NCBI GenBank assembly: GCA_048772705.1
Contig: JBLWGC010000173.1
Coordinates: forward strand, 62,001-126,000
DNA from: Leidyana gryllorum EB-2025a
Taxonomy: Eukaryota; Protista; Apicomplexa
Reading direction: 5' to 3'
Length of the DNA stretch: 64,000 nucleotides
Below the pieces are notes generated by a model. It saw only the letters and a program-made list of their open reading frames with translations, searched no databases and was not told where the DNA came from. Numbering within the stretch: position 1 is the first letter of the stretch; every line of letters begins with the position of its first letter. The translations under genes were made by a program, and so were the position numbers. Shown here piece after piece: positions 12,180-23,531 of the stretch.

Positions 12180-15100
12180 TCATTGCACTTTTGACGCTGG
12201 CGATTTAGCCCAGCTGATAGCTGGGACAGCCAAGGACATTTTGTCAGACGTTGGGCAGAAGTCATAGTAGCATAGTGTTCTGAAGAAAGGATCAGGACCT
12301 CTACCAGTGCATTATGTCTCACCCATCCGTGTCCACTGTTACTGCTCTCCAATCCATATAACACCAAATATCAAAGCGTCGTTTCAAGCTGAAAACGGTT
12401 CTGCGAATGAAGCTGATGCATGACAGCAGATCATCAGCGTAGTATGCTTACCGTCCCAAGGGCGCATTTTCATCAACTGTAACATCCGTATCATGTGGGT
12501 CTTGCTTCAGGATTGGTTTCTGACCCAAAGTAACTATCCATGTGTATCAGTTTAGCTCACCAGTAGGTTTCCTGGGCCTGTCAAGACCCGCCAATTAGAT
12601 CGGCAAAGACTCCACTCGAGATCCGCACCGATCTGGGTGACACTGCCCCATACGGCTAGATATGAAGCGTCAATGACATCGCACAAGTAGATGTGAGGTG
12701 GGACCAAACAGTCTGCCACCCACTCCAGGACTCTCATCTCCGGTTTGAGTTCGGCTTGCGCTGAGCGACAAGAGCTGGGAGTGAGGGAAGACATCCACTC
12801 CTCAAAGTTGTCGAGGGCTGCAAGGTTCATCTGCCGCTGCAAGACCGCCTGCGGGGTTGGCGGGGGCGGAACTGCTGCTACGGTGCCTAGAGGCTTTTCA
12901 CCGCTGTGGGGGAGAGATGAATAATGTGAGTCTGAGGGTCACCACCCACCAGGCGTTGAGGAACGCTTGTGCTGATTCGATTGATGGTCTTGATTTCAAA
13001 ACCGTTGCAGATTCGCTGTGCGGTATATACTCATGGCGCATGATGGGGCTTGATGTGTCCATGGGATGGAGGATAAGGTCATCGTGGACCGAAGGCTGAT
13101 TGAAACGCCAGAAGCGGAGAATTGCATGGCCAAGAAGGGGTGTAGGTGTGCCTTCCTGACGGAGTCGTGGTTGGTTTGGCGGACTATTCTCGTCTTCATA
13201 AATGCTGATGACGAAGAGAGTAGTCGAGCTGAGCAACAATCTCGAGGTATGTGGGTCACCAACCCGCACGACTGCGAGCTGCGCGAAATCGCGGGAAGAG
13301 TCGAATAAGCGGACGGTTCCACTGGTATCCTGATGGACCGAATAGGACACTTTGTGTGCTGATCGTTGATGCTCACCAGACTAACGAGGAAGAAGTGTTT
13401 GGGATCGCTGAGGTTCGGCGTCTGTTTGACCCGCCACACACAAGGACAAACGAGCATCCGATTGGACCCCTTGGCTAAGGAGAGGGGCAAATTCGACAAA
13501 CGTTCCCACTCGGCCGCCACATCGGGGCTGGTGCAGTGCAGAATTCTGGGCTTTGAGGTCCCTTCTTGAAGCCATATTCTCGGGGAGCGGCCTCTGTACC
13601 AGATGACGAGATACTTGGACACCCGATTACAGCTCATCGATTGGGGTCTTCCGTTCGCGCAATTGTAGCATTCCTAAACAGAGTCTTGGGGCAGTGTTGA
13701 AGTGGCACACACACCTGTTTGGGATCGTCTTTGCGAACGCATTGGTAGCCTGCCCATAGGAAATCCAGTTGAGGCTTTCGCAGGTTGCCTTCAAAATCCC
13801 CTGTGAGGAGATCGGCGAGCCAAACATCTGCTCGTCGGTTAGGTGAGTTGGCATCTGGCTGGCCAGTGTTCTGTGGTGGGAATCCAAGAGCATTGGCTAC
13901 CGCTTCAGCATGATCTTGCTGAGGCACCATGGTCAATGAGCCGTGTGCTCTAAGTGTGGACGTTCAACGACTCACCATCCGTACTGCGTGTCGTCTACGC
14001 CTTTCTTCTGTGAGCGTATCAATAAGGTCCACTCTCTGACCGACCAACTCCAGCTCGAGAGGGTTGGGAGCGACGATCATCTCGAGAGCGAGGGTCGTCG
14101 TATCCCAGAGATGTATGTGATCGTTCCAGAGTAGAGCTACTCTCTGATTGCGTATGGAAACCTCAAGGGCGGGATCTGACCCGCGGGGCCAACGCGTGGA
14201 CCCGCTTTGGTCAGTGAGATGTTTGATAAATTTCCCGGATTGTGCGCAGAAGACAAGTAGTTGATGATCAGCAAAGAGGAAGACGTGTTGAAGGGTGAGA
14301 ACGATGACTGAGTCGGTTACAGAGGTGGTTCCCACGCCGTGGGTGATGAGATCATGTTCCCACATGACTTTAGCTGATTTGGTAAGATCCGGGTTGGTGT
14401 CTATCTTGACGCCGATTAAGGTTCGATCGGCTAGCCAGACTAAGATGTCTCCCAAAATACTGAGACAGATAGCCCCTTCCATCTCTGCTCGGGCTACGGG
14501 AGAGAGAGGTGAGGCCTCTTGGAGCGGGAAGGTGTTGCTTACGATTAGCGGGAGGATGTCTGGGAGCGAGAATGTAGGGAAATTTACTGACGACGGGGGT
14601 TCCAGACCCCAGATTCTTGAGGAAGATGGCTACTTTGTCATAAGTGATTTTCCACACAGCGTGGGATCGGAGTGAGTTTGGTTGCGCACCATCATTATTC
14701 GCGTGATCGATACATTGCACATAGGTTTCATAGACAAATCCAAAGCTCTTGAGAACCAACTCCTTCCATATTGGATGATGGCAGACGAGATGATATAGAA
14801 ATCTTGAGGCAGAGGCGAAGCGAACGAGCTCATCAGGAAAGAGGTAGAAACAAACAAGGAATACAACCTCAGGTGGAAGTAGGGAAAGGCTTCCGATATT
14901 ACATACGGAGTCCCGAGCCGGGAAGATGTCCTCTCGACAAGTTGTTGGGGTAGGAGAGTTGGTGGTCAAACAGCAGCTGAGAGGACTGGAAGGATCATCC
15001 AGGAACTCGACAAGAGCGTCCTTGATTCTTGATGGCGAGTGAGCACAAACCGGAGTGCTGATGAGAGCCGGGATTGTGACACATTGGTCTGTTTGGTGGC

Positions 15101-15236
15101 GAGGAGACTTCCTTTCATCACAGTCCGCTGGAGCTGCTAGGATTTGAACCTCGAGAGCCGACGCCGCTCTCTGTCTGCAGCGTTTGTCATTGGTTGTTGA
15201 GGATGCGGTGGGAGATTCCTCGGCTGCGGTGGACAT
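12180..15236 (-). CDS. F-box protein with divergent beta-propeller-like C-terminus
   Basis: F-box motif LSLLPPEVVFLVCFYLFPDELVRFASASRFLYHLVCHHPIWK. Downstream exons join in frame through GT-AG introns and carry WD-like strands (IHLWD, GTVRLFD, VTVDTDGTLCYYDF). Confidence 0.75.
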
Positions 15237-15294
15237 TGAAGCCGTTTTTTAGTTGGTCACTCTTAGTAGCGAAGGGACTATCTGTCGAAGGAGC

Positions 15295-16295
15295 TCAGTG
15301 AGCACTGAATAATCCTCCTATACAACAAAGTCGCTCATTGAACAGAGAAGATGTCTACTCAAGCACTCACCCATGTGTTGATTACCAGTATGTTACAGGG
15401 ATCCCAGCCTTCACTGTCTTCCAACCGCTGCATCTCCAAAGGATCATTAGCCTCACGTTCCGAATAGCATGAGTCGTCCTCCGAAGTCTGCGGTTGGCAC
15501 AACATGAGGAGGCCGATTTTAGATCGTGGAATCCTGCAGAAACGCGTGTGCGATCAGGCGTTTCGTCAGTCACGCTTACCCGATACCGATGAGATTATTA
15601 ATAATGGTTTCACGTTCCTTTGTCTTGCAGTTCGGTGATGTAAAAACCACTCGAGGTCCCTCGACAAATCCAACAGAGTATTTAAACTGCTGTATCAAGG
15701 AAAGGGCAGCAAACATTGAGTCTGCCTTTGAGTACTTGGTGTATTCAACCAATAGTTGAGCTAATCGTAAGCGCCCCACATTACGTCGTCCCATGAGCAC
15801 TAGAAAGTGAGATCGCAATATAAATTCAAGTAGGTACGGCCTCGTATAACTAAGAATTCGTGACGATACAGTCCCCGGACTCGCCAAACCGAACTTGGAT
15901 ATAGGCGACCAGGAAGAAGCGTCACCGGTATTCTCCTCCATTGCACTTTCATTTTCGTGCGCCTTTGTTACGATGTGAGGCTTATTCGTCTTCCTGCTAG
16001 GTCCTCCGGCGTGCTTTACACCCAGTGGAGGCAGTGGCATGCCCCCTATCTTTCGACGCACGGCGCCTTGACTGCATCGTCGTGGAGGATCCGGATTCGA
16101 GCTACGGCGTCGCAATGCTAAAGGCCCTTTACCAAGTAGAGGAGCTACTAGAGGGGGTTGGGTGTGCGTTGTCACGATCTCATGTGGCTCCCACAAATCC
16201 TCCTTCATCACCTTGGGCAACATTTCTTCATCTCGCACCACTGTGCCCCAGCCGTCACTTTCACTACCCGAGGAGGCGTCCTTGTCGATCATCAT
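15295..16295 (-). CDS. Hypothetical protein with a degenerate P-loop-kinase-like segment
   Basis: A long first exon plus two short introns. Contains FLVLMGRRNVGRLRLAQLL and VVFTSPNCKTKERETII. The 3' exon is uncertain. Confidence 0.55.
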
Positions 16296-16359
16296 TGAAT
16301 AAATCCTGTGTTCGCTGTACAGATGCCAAGTAGCCTAGTCGGTTTTTTTGGGAAGCTCC

Positions 16360-18309
16360 ATGTTGGTATCCGTACCACCCGACTTCAATAACGAGTTATA
16401 CGTCAACCTCTGCCTTGAGAGGAACGATTGCCCCATCAAAGCTGCCCACATCTGCTTTTCAGATTCTTATCGTCCCTATCGCGAAGCTGCCGGGTTGCCA
16501 CCTCTGCCCCCCCGTGAGAAAGCTGAAGATGAAGAACGAAGTCGAGGTCAGAACAAGAAACGAAAGCTAAATGCGGCATTGGCGTCGCGCTCTAAGCAAC
16601 AAGCTATATGCCCCGCATTGGCGGCGACTGGAAAGTGCATCGGAGGCGATCGATGCAAACGTTTGCACACACTTGAAAGTAGATTGAAAGAACTGAAGGC
16701 CGCAGTCGAAAATCACGTAAGGCTGGCTGACAGCAGTGTTAAGCTTATTGTTTGTGCCTTCAGGAACCTCCCAGCGTTGTTCAATGCGCATTCGGTGAGG
16801 TTTGCCCGATATGGGATGCCAAAGGTCTTTGCCCGAGTGGGGTGAATTGCTGCTTCAATGCGCTGAAACATTTGGATCAGGAGGGTAGAAATATCACTAA
16901 AGATGGTCAACTGGTCACGTCTGAACTTGTCGACGAGGCAGCCAGCGATGTGACAAATCACCCGCGACAGATTCTGGCAACGATAAAAAAAGTCGCTGCC
17001 AATAGACCCAAAAGGGGCGACTGGAAGAAGTCTGCGGGAGTTAAGAGTGGCTATTCCAGTGACAATCTGCTTGCGGATGACGTGGACAAGGAGAATGTTG
17101 CCACTGGCTCTGAGCCCGTGGGGCCTGTGGTGGATGATCGGGACATACGATGCTCGGTGGAGGAGAAGCGGGCGAAGCTGAAGGGATTGTTGGCGGGCAA
17201 AACGATTCTGGCCCCTCTGACGACAGTTGGCAACCTCCCCTTCCGGCGACTGTGCTTGAAACAAGGTGTTGATGTGACCATGTCTGAGATGGTACTGACC
17301 ACAGCCTTCTTGCAAGGGAAACAAAGTGACATTGCTCTGGCCAAGAGACACAAGGACGAGAAGATATTCGGTCTCCAATTGGCAGGAGGGTATCCTGACA
17401 CAATGATTCAGTAAGTTTTGAGCCTACGTGAGGTTATTAATTGACCCTTGTCATCGCAGAGCCGCTCAGGTTGTGGAGGAGTGTATCGACTGTGACTGGG
17501 TGGACATCAACATGGGTTGTCCCTTGGATGGGTTACACAACAAGGGGGCTGGATGTATGTTGATGACTCATGAAGGTCGTCTACAGCCTATGATCGAGGG
17601 GATGACGAGTGTTCTGAGTCAGAAGCCGCTGAGTGTGAAGTGTCGTATGGGGTATACCTCGAAGACCGACGGTGTGATTCATGAGTTACTGCCGAAAATG
17701 ACAGAGTGGGGGGCCAGCGGATACACACTTCACGGACGGACAGCAAAGATGCGATACCTAAAGACTGCGAATTGGGATTACATTGGCGAATGTCGACAGG
17801 TGGTTCCGAGAGACATTGCTTTTGTGGGCAATGGAGATCTGTTTGACCCGAAAGGCATTGCTCGCGTGTGGGAAGAAAGTTCAGTGGATGCTGTGATGGT
17901 GGGCCGAGGAGCTTTGATAAAGCCGTGGCTCTTCCAGGAGATCAAGAAGGGAGAGTTGATGGATGTGAGTGCCACGGAACGATGGGAAATGCTGAAAGAC
18001 TTTTGTCGATTTGGCATGGAGCATTGGGGCTGCGACGCCAAAGGTATCGAAACGACTCGACGGTTTCTGTTGGAGCATTTGTCATTCACCTGTCGCTACG
18101 TTCCAGTTGGATTGTTGGAGCGTTTGCCGCAGATGCTGAATTGGAGGCCGCCTCCGTTTGTGGGGAGGAACGATTTGGAAACACTGTTGGGACAGGGTGA
18201 CGTCCAAAGCTGGGTGACAATTAGCGAGCGACTTTTGGGAAGTGTGCCGGAAGGGTTCACTTTCCTTCCGAAACACAAGAGTAATTCATATCCGTCAAAT
18301 GACGCATGA
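16360..18309 (+). CDS. DUS3: tRNA-dihydrouridine(47) synthase DUS3 with N-terminal CCCH zinc fingers
   Basis: Motifs LAPLTTVGNLPFRRLC, FGLQLAG, DINMGCP, TLHGRT, GRGALIKPWLFQEIK and FLPKHKSNSY; two introns. Confidence 0.96.
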
Positions 18310-18472
18310 TTGAAATCGAGAGTTCGCGCTTTCTGCGTATGAAGGGGGAAACTTTATACAGCTCCCTGTCTTGTTATGGGCTTAACGGAATTACACCAGA
18401 TAAATCATTCACCAATCAATCAATCAGTCGCTTAGTGGATCATTCGAGCTATCTCTTATTAACATTGAAACT

Positions 18473-19630
18473 TCACTGTTTACGGCAAACGTTACTCCAG
18501 AAAGTGGCAACGCAGGTGGTCAGATCACAGATACTGAGTGCCCGACACCAAGCATTCGGTGTTACTTCGCCAGCGAATATCACCTCACAGTTATCACGGC
18601 AGAAGTCATCGAAGCCACCAAACGAAGTTAACGCTGACCGACATTCAGCTACTGTACCCACAATGGGACCACCAGGGACACAAGTGGCCGATGCGGGTTG
18701 AGTAGTGGTAGTCATTTCACCACCCGCTCCAGCCGACCTGGTCGTGGTGGTTGTCGTTGTGGTAGTGGTCGTAGTCGTAGAAGCTGGTTTCGCTGTACTC
18801 GCGCCCGGTGCCGCAGTGGGAAGCACAGTGTTCACATCTTCGGAGGTAGTGGTGTGTGAGTACTTGGAAACTACCGTTCCTGGAGTCCCCGCGTGAATTG
18901 CCACATCAGCACAGTTGGTGAAGCGCTCGCCACCGCACGAAGCGTTGGGGCAGTCGGTTCCACAGGATGCGAGGTGTGATGTGGCGATTTTACAGCCACT
19001 GACTCCGTTGAGGGTGAAGGTAAAGCCCGAAATACGCGAATCGAGGGTACCAGTAGAGCTATAGGGTGAGGGACTGCAGGAGTTTCCGGTCTCCCAGCGG
19101 TATCGAAGCACAGCATGAGACGACACAGCATCTGCCGGGATGAGGAAACGAGCAGTCATCGGGTTGGCCTCGGTCGCTTTGGTCACACAGCTGTTGTCCG
19201 GGAGGAAGTAGAGATACGGCACCTCGGGCAAGTATGGCGAGTAGAGAGTGTCTGTAGGATCGCGATTCAAACGCACGAAGCAGTCCTCAGTCAGTGTAGA
19301 GCCCGGGTTCGTGCAGAGCTCCATAACGAACACTCCCAGGTGCCCGACAGTGAACCACAAACTGACTTCCACCACCCCATCGGCGATGAGGACGGGGCGT
19401 TGGAGCTGGAAGTACGATCCGTAGGTAACGCTGGGCTCAGTGGTCGTCGTCCACTGACTGTTCTTCCCATCTCCACACACACCAGCGCCGTTGGCGCAGT
19501 GCGGGCAGTAGTGGGTGTAAAGCACATTTCGCGGGGTCGGGAATTGCATACCTCCGTGAGCCTCCACATTCTCCAATTCAAAGAGACTGGACTGGAGGAG
19601 ACCGAAGAGAAAGACATTGGCAAACTTCAT
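18473..19630 (-). CDS. Secreted lytic polysaccharide monooxygenase (AA15-like), Thr-rich linker and 8-Cys C-terminal module
   Basis: The signal peptide ends VEA, leaving His1 (HGGMQFPTPRN). Further motifs: YCPHC, CGD, TVGHLG, ELC, HAVLRYRWETGNSC and ERFTNCADVAI. Intronless. Confidence 0.88.
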   Translation of the reverse strand: MKFANVFLFGLLQSSLFELENVEAHGGMQFPTPRNVLYTHYCPHCANGAGVCGDGKNSQWTTTTEPSVTYGSYFQLQRPVLIADGVVEVSLWFTVGHLGVFVMELCTNPGSTLTEDCFVRLNRDPTDTLYSPYLPEVPYLYFLPDNSCVTKATEANPMTARFLIPADAVSSHAVLRYRWETGNSCSPSPYSSTGTLDSRISGFTFTLNGVSGCKIATSHLASCGTDCPNASCGGERFTNCADVAIHAGTPGTVVSKYSHTTTSEDVNTVLPTAAPGASTAKPASTTTTTTTTTTTTTRSAGAGGEMTTTTQPASATCVPGGPIVGTVAECRSALTSFGGFDDFCRDNCEVIFAGEVTPNAWCRALSICDLTTCVATFWSNVCRKQ

Positions 19631-19714
19631 TGTACTTCAAATGCTTCTAGAAGTGATTACCAGAGAGAGAGAAGGGGAGAAGACGAGTGCGATCTACTTT
19701 TGAACTGAACAGCC

Positions 19715-19721
19715 TATATAT
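19715..19721 (-). promoter_or_regulatory. TATA-like element upstream of the LPMO gene
   Basis: ATATATAGG on the minus strand about 85 nt upstream of the ATG, in one of the larger intergenic gaps (180 nt). Confidence 0.35.
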
Positions 19722-19810
19722 CGGAGACGCCGTCTCCTCTTCTTGATGCGACTCTCTTGACGTCTCCTCAAGTTTCCCCGAACCGTTCGCTCGTTCCCAT
19801 AAACAACATA

Positions 19811-20956
19811 TCACTTCTTCTTCTTCCCTTTCTTTCCCCCTTTGTTCGCGGAATCTCTCTCTATCGAGCAGTGCTCTTCTATAATTTCTCGAGTTATTGA
19901 GTTGATGTGACGGAATCTATCCGGACCTGCGGAAGGGTAAAAGAGAGGGGAAGTGTCGAAAAGAGACTCTTTGGCTTTGGATTAATTACCTAATTTGATT
20001 CCACCGTACCACCGAGTCACCACAACGCACACATCCACCACCCCCAGAGTGTCAATCAGCCATTGCATATTAGAACCTGCGCCCGTCTCGCCATCTGAAT
20101 CGTGGTCCTGATGGATTAGATAAGTGTTCTCATCAGTGGGATCCATCTGAACATTGATTTTGGGCATCTGACGAGTAAAGTACGGCACGATGAGGGGGAA
20201 GGGGAAGAAGCCTCACAATACCTTCAGTCGGTACGCAACCATATTGTGCGCCGCCCGAGCGATTTTGTTATATGACAGGAGAGTACTGACAACACTTCTG
20301 ACATCCGCTAGCGACCGAACCACCGCAAAGTGCCCCTGAAACACACTCTTGCGATCAACCAGACATCGTCCATGGTGTATTTGAATCCGTCCGTCATGAG
20401 TCATCGTAGAGCTGTGCTCGCGAATGTGGTCGTCCGACGGGCCGGTTGCCGCGAGGGAGGCGTCGTTGGGTGATGTGGGCGACTTGGGAGAGTTTGCTGC
20501 ATTTTGTGCGGAGGCAAAGTCATCGGTGACTTTATCCTTTGCGGAAAGCCGCGTGACCAGTTGGCTGATCTCCTGCTGGAGCTTTTCCACACTGATGTTT
20601 TCGAGAATGTAGAGTATGCAATCGGACATGGCTTCTGTTCCAGCGCTCCAAGATGTCTCGACCGCCAGCCGACCGAGGAGCTCCTGCTCTGTGGATGCCA
20701 GCCACCAGGCCAGCACCTCTATGTGAGGCGGGTCAGTGTCTGGGTAGCCTTTAGGAATGAAAAATGAGACTTGGAATGTCCGCTTCAATGTGCCATCGCG
20801 CTCCAACAGCTCCAATTCTTTGCCCGTTAAGGACAGGTTGAGTGGTTCCAAGCCACTCACATGCACAACTCCGGAGCTCAGGTCGAGTTTGAGAGCTTCT
20901 TCCCCATAAATGGCCCCTATGACTTCCAGTTCATCTCGAAGTCTCTGATTAACCAT
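19811..20956 (-). CDS. IMPACT: IMPACT/YIH1 family protein (RWD + UPF0029 domains)
   Basis: RWD motifs ELEVIGAIYG and IPKGYPDTDPP. UPF0029 motifs DRKSVFQGH, AAHNMVAYR, DGETGAG and VVVTRWYGGIKLGPDRFRHI. Two introns. Confidence 0.95.
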
Positions 20957-20967
20957 TTTTTAGCGCA

Positions 20968-21708
20968 ATGAAGGCCCAAGTGAATCTCCCTCATGGAGCT
21001 GAAATACTACTCCCAATCGGGATTACATCCGAGGAGTTCCAGGTCGTTCTCAATTTCCTATCACAATCTGTGGCTTTACAAGTCGAGCATAAACTTCTTA
21101 GACCGCCTGCACCCGTCGGCGAATCGAGTGTCCACACTAAAGGTCGCCACTACTCGCCAACTATAATACATCGGACATCTAATGGTAATGCCTACGGTAA
21201 GACGGCGGGTCCCACCCGCACCCCCAGTCCACAAGACAAACATTCCGTCTATGGTGCCCCTGCGCGATCGCAGCACTCTCCACCCTCAGGACCATCTCGT
21301 GGTGGAGATAGATTTCAACGACCCATGCGAGACAGGCCTCCGACTGGTACTTTCAATCGTCGCTGTTTCGACTGTCAAGAAACTGGTCATGTCTCCTCCC
21401 AGTGCCCCCGGCGTAGGATGCATATCGAATCTGATCATAAGAGGTTCCGGCCCTACAACTCTGGCGGATCCTCTCCACCGCGAGCCCAAGGACCCAAAAG
21501 TGCATTTGGGAGTGGTTTCCGGCTAGAAGAAGACCCACCATCGCCAGTGAACGAAAAAACGGCACCATCAGCCCCTGAAGAACCCGCTGCCACAGCCCAG
21601 ACAAGAGACGGATCAGCTGCCGAAGAGATAGACCTCATGTTTCCATGTGCCCGAATAAAGCTTGAGGAAGCCGTCATCAATATCGACGAGGACGACGATA
21701 AGAACTAG
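20968..21708 (+). CDS. CCHC zinc-knuckle protein, mostly disordered
   Basis: Intronless 246-aa ORF with CFDCQETGHVSSQC (CX2CX4HX4C). Confidence 0.8.
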   Translation: MKAQVNLPHGAEILLPIGITSEEFQVVLNFLSQSVALQVEHKLLRPPAPVGESSVHTKGRHYSPTIIHRTSNGNAYGKTAGPTRTPSPQDKHSVYGAPARSQHSPPSGPSRGGDRFQRPMRDRPPTGTFNRRCFDCQETGHVSSQCPRRRMHIESDHKRFRPYNSGGSSPPRAQGPKSAFGSGFRLEEDPPSPVNEKTAPSAPEEPAATAQTRDGSAAEEIDLMFPCARIKLEEAVINIDEDDDKN

Positions 21709-21716
21709 TAATCCCG

Positions 21717-23525
21717 TCACTTCGCACGCTTCTCGGCCCTGCTGCTGTTAAACAACAGCCCAATGCATTCCATCTTGGTTTGCATAGAGCCCTCCCAACA
21801 TTCGGGATACTCCGCCTCTGGCATCGGCCAGTGAGCTTCGGCCAACAGAACCCGCGACATCTGTTTCCGGACTTCGGTGCAAAATCCCGCTGTTCGTTGA
21901 CCAGCGTCTCCTGTCCAGGGTGCTGGAGGCAAACACTCTCGAAGCCAGTACACGTCCAGCGTAGTGGGGCGCACCTGGGCAGCAGAATACAATCGATAAA
22001 CACACGTGTGCACTTTGGTCATAACTTACATTGGCCAACATCAGAGGAAGGGTCCAGATAAGCGGCATTATGTCGTAAGACAAACTGAACTGGGGGCATC
22101 GATATATCAGGACTGCAGTGGCGGATGGGAAATAACGATCTTTAGGCGGGTCAATGAAGCTCACCGACGGGCGAAACTGGACGCAACCCAATGAAGGCCC
22201 CTCTTTTGAGAGGTATTATGTGCTTGCCGCAACTTGTGGTGCCTGCCGGGGTGGAGAATAAGTGTCACAGAGTCATTCTTTGGAGCTTTCGCTTTACCTT
22301 CTGGGAAGACGAAAAGTGGTGGGGTTTGGCGGGTGAATCTGGAGGCCGGTTCGAGTCTGTCTTGATCGGCGAAGGTCTTTTCGTAGGCGATGAACTTCTT
22401 GAGTTCTTCTGATACTTTGGCAGTTCCAGTCCCACTAAGATACTCCTCGACTGACAACTTCCAGATCTCATCTTGTCGAGCCCCCAAGACTCTTATGGTA
22501 CGTTCTCTGCAGCAGCGTCTCTGGTGAGTGCGCGTTCAGCAGGACGCCCTTACCTATCTTCTTTGGACTGGCGATTCAAGAATACGCAATTGAGTGAGCG
22601 GGCACAGGGGCCGATCAAGGGGTGATCAAACAAAGAACTCTGGAAGGGAATTTGATGTTTCACTAGGGTCTGTGTGATTACCTTTGCAAGGAAAGAAGGA
22701 TACAACTTGGTTATAAAGAATAGAGTGTCCACAATGGAGATGTGATTACTGACAAATGTCTTGGTGCTGTACTGCTTCTTTCTATCCTCATCAGCCAAGG
22801 GCTCTAGCAGGAGTGCATCCTTGTCGTTTGCATCAAAGTCAAAGTTGGTGTTGAGAACCTTCCATTCTCGGACCGTCCAGACCCCTAAACATCGATATGA
22901 GATGTGACTGGTGCAGACTTGCTTACCCAAGAACCATGATTCTAACCAGCAGTGCAGCACTACCAACACCCGAAGAGTTTTCCTGGAGAGAAAGAAGAAG
23001 TTAGTGAGAAGTCCAGTTTAGCGCCGTCGATCTTACATGAACCATTGTTGACGTTTCTGATCGCGCATGACTCGGGCGGAGGCATTGCGATGCATAACCT
23101 CATCAAAATCTCGTAGGGTGACATCGAGGGTACATTTCCCGGCGAATATCTCTGTACATAATCAGCTTCTCAGCAGGCAGAGTGCGAGTCAACCGGCACT
23201 TACGGAGAACTATCACATTGGATACTGCCACGGCGAAAAGTAGCGGGAGTCGGAGGGGATACTGATGATCCAAGTTCAACGATTTCGAGTTGGTGCTGCG
23301 AGTGAGACTTACGACTGTTAAGCCTCCGAAGCAGAGCCAAATGAAGTCCGAGTCCGTAAGGTCGAAGTCCAGCCGGTCATTGGCTTTATACTTGTCTCGT
23401 TGTTCCGCGGTGAGTTCGTTTCTGAATTTACGCCGTACGGATAGGAAGGTCCGCAGGCCGATGAAGAACCACAGAACCGCAGCCAGGTAGTAGATGGCTA
23501 GCAGCCGGGCCAGGAGCTGCATCAT
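21717..23525 (-). CDS. Lysophospholipid acyltransferase (LPLAT/LPCAT-like, PlsC domain)
   Basis: N-terminal TM helices, FVSNHISIVD (HxxxxD) and LFVFPEGTT after splicing; multiple short introns. Confidence 0.9.
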
Positions 23526-23531
23526 TTTTTT

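Noticed and set aside
9549-13936. Fragmented ORFs suggesting a pseudogene or a non-standard genetic code
   Set aside because: Canonical short introns join them into three intact genes. TAA, TAG and TGA all act as terminal stops in gene models here.
20968-21708. Retroelement gag suggested by the CCHC knuckle
   Set aside because: There is a single knuckle with no capsid, protease, RT or integrase, no LTRs, and tight packing between host genes.
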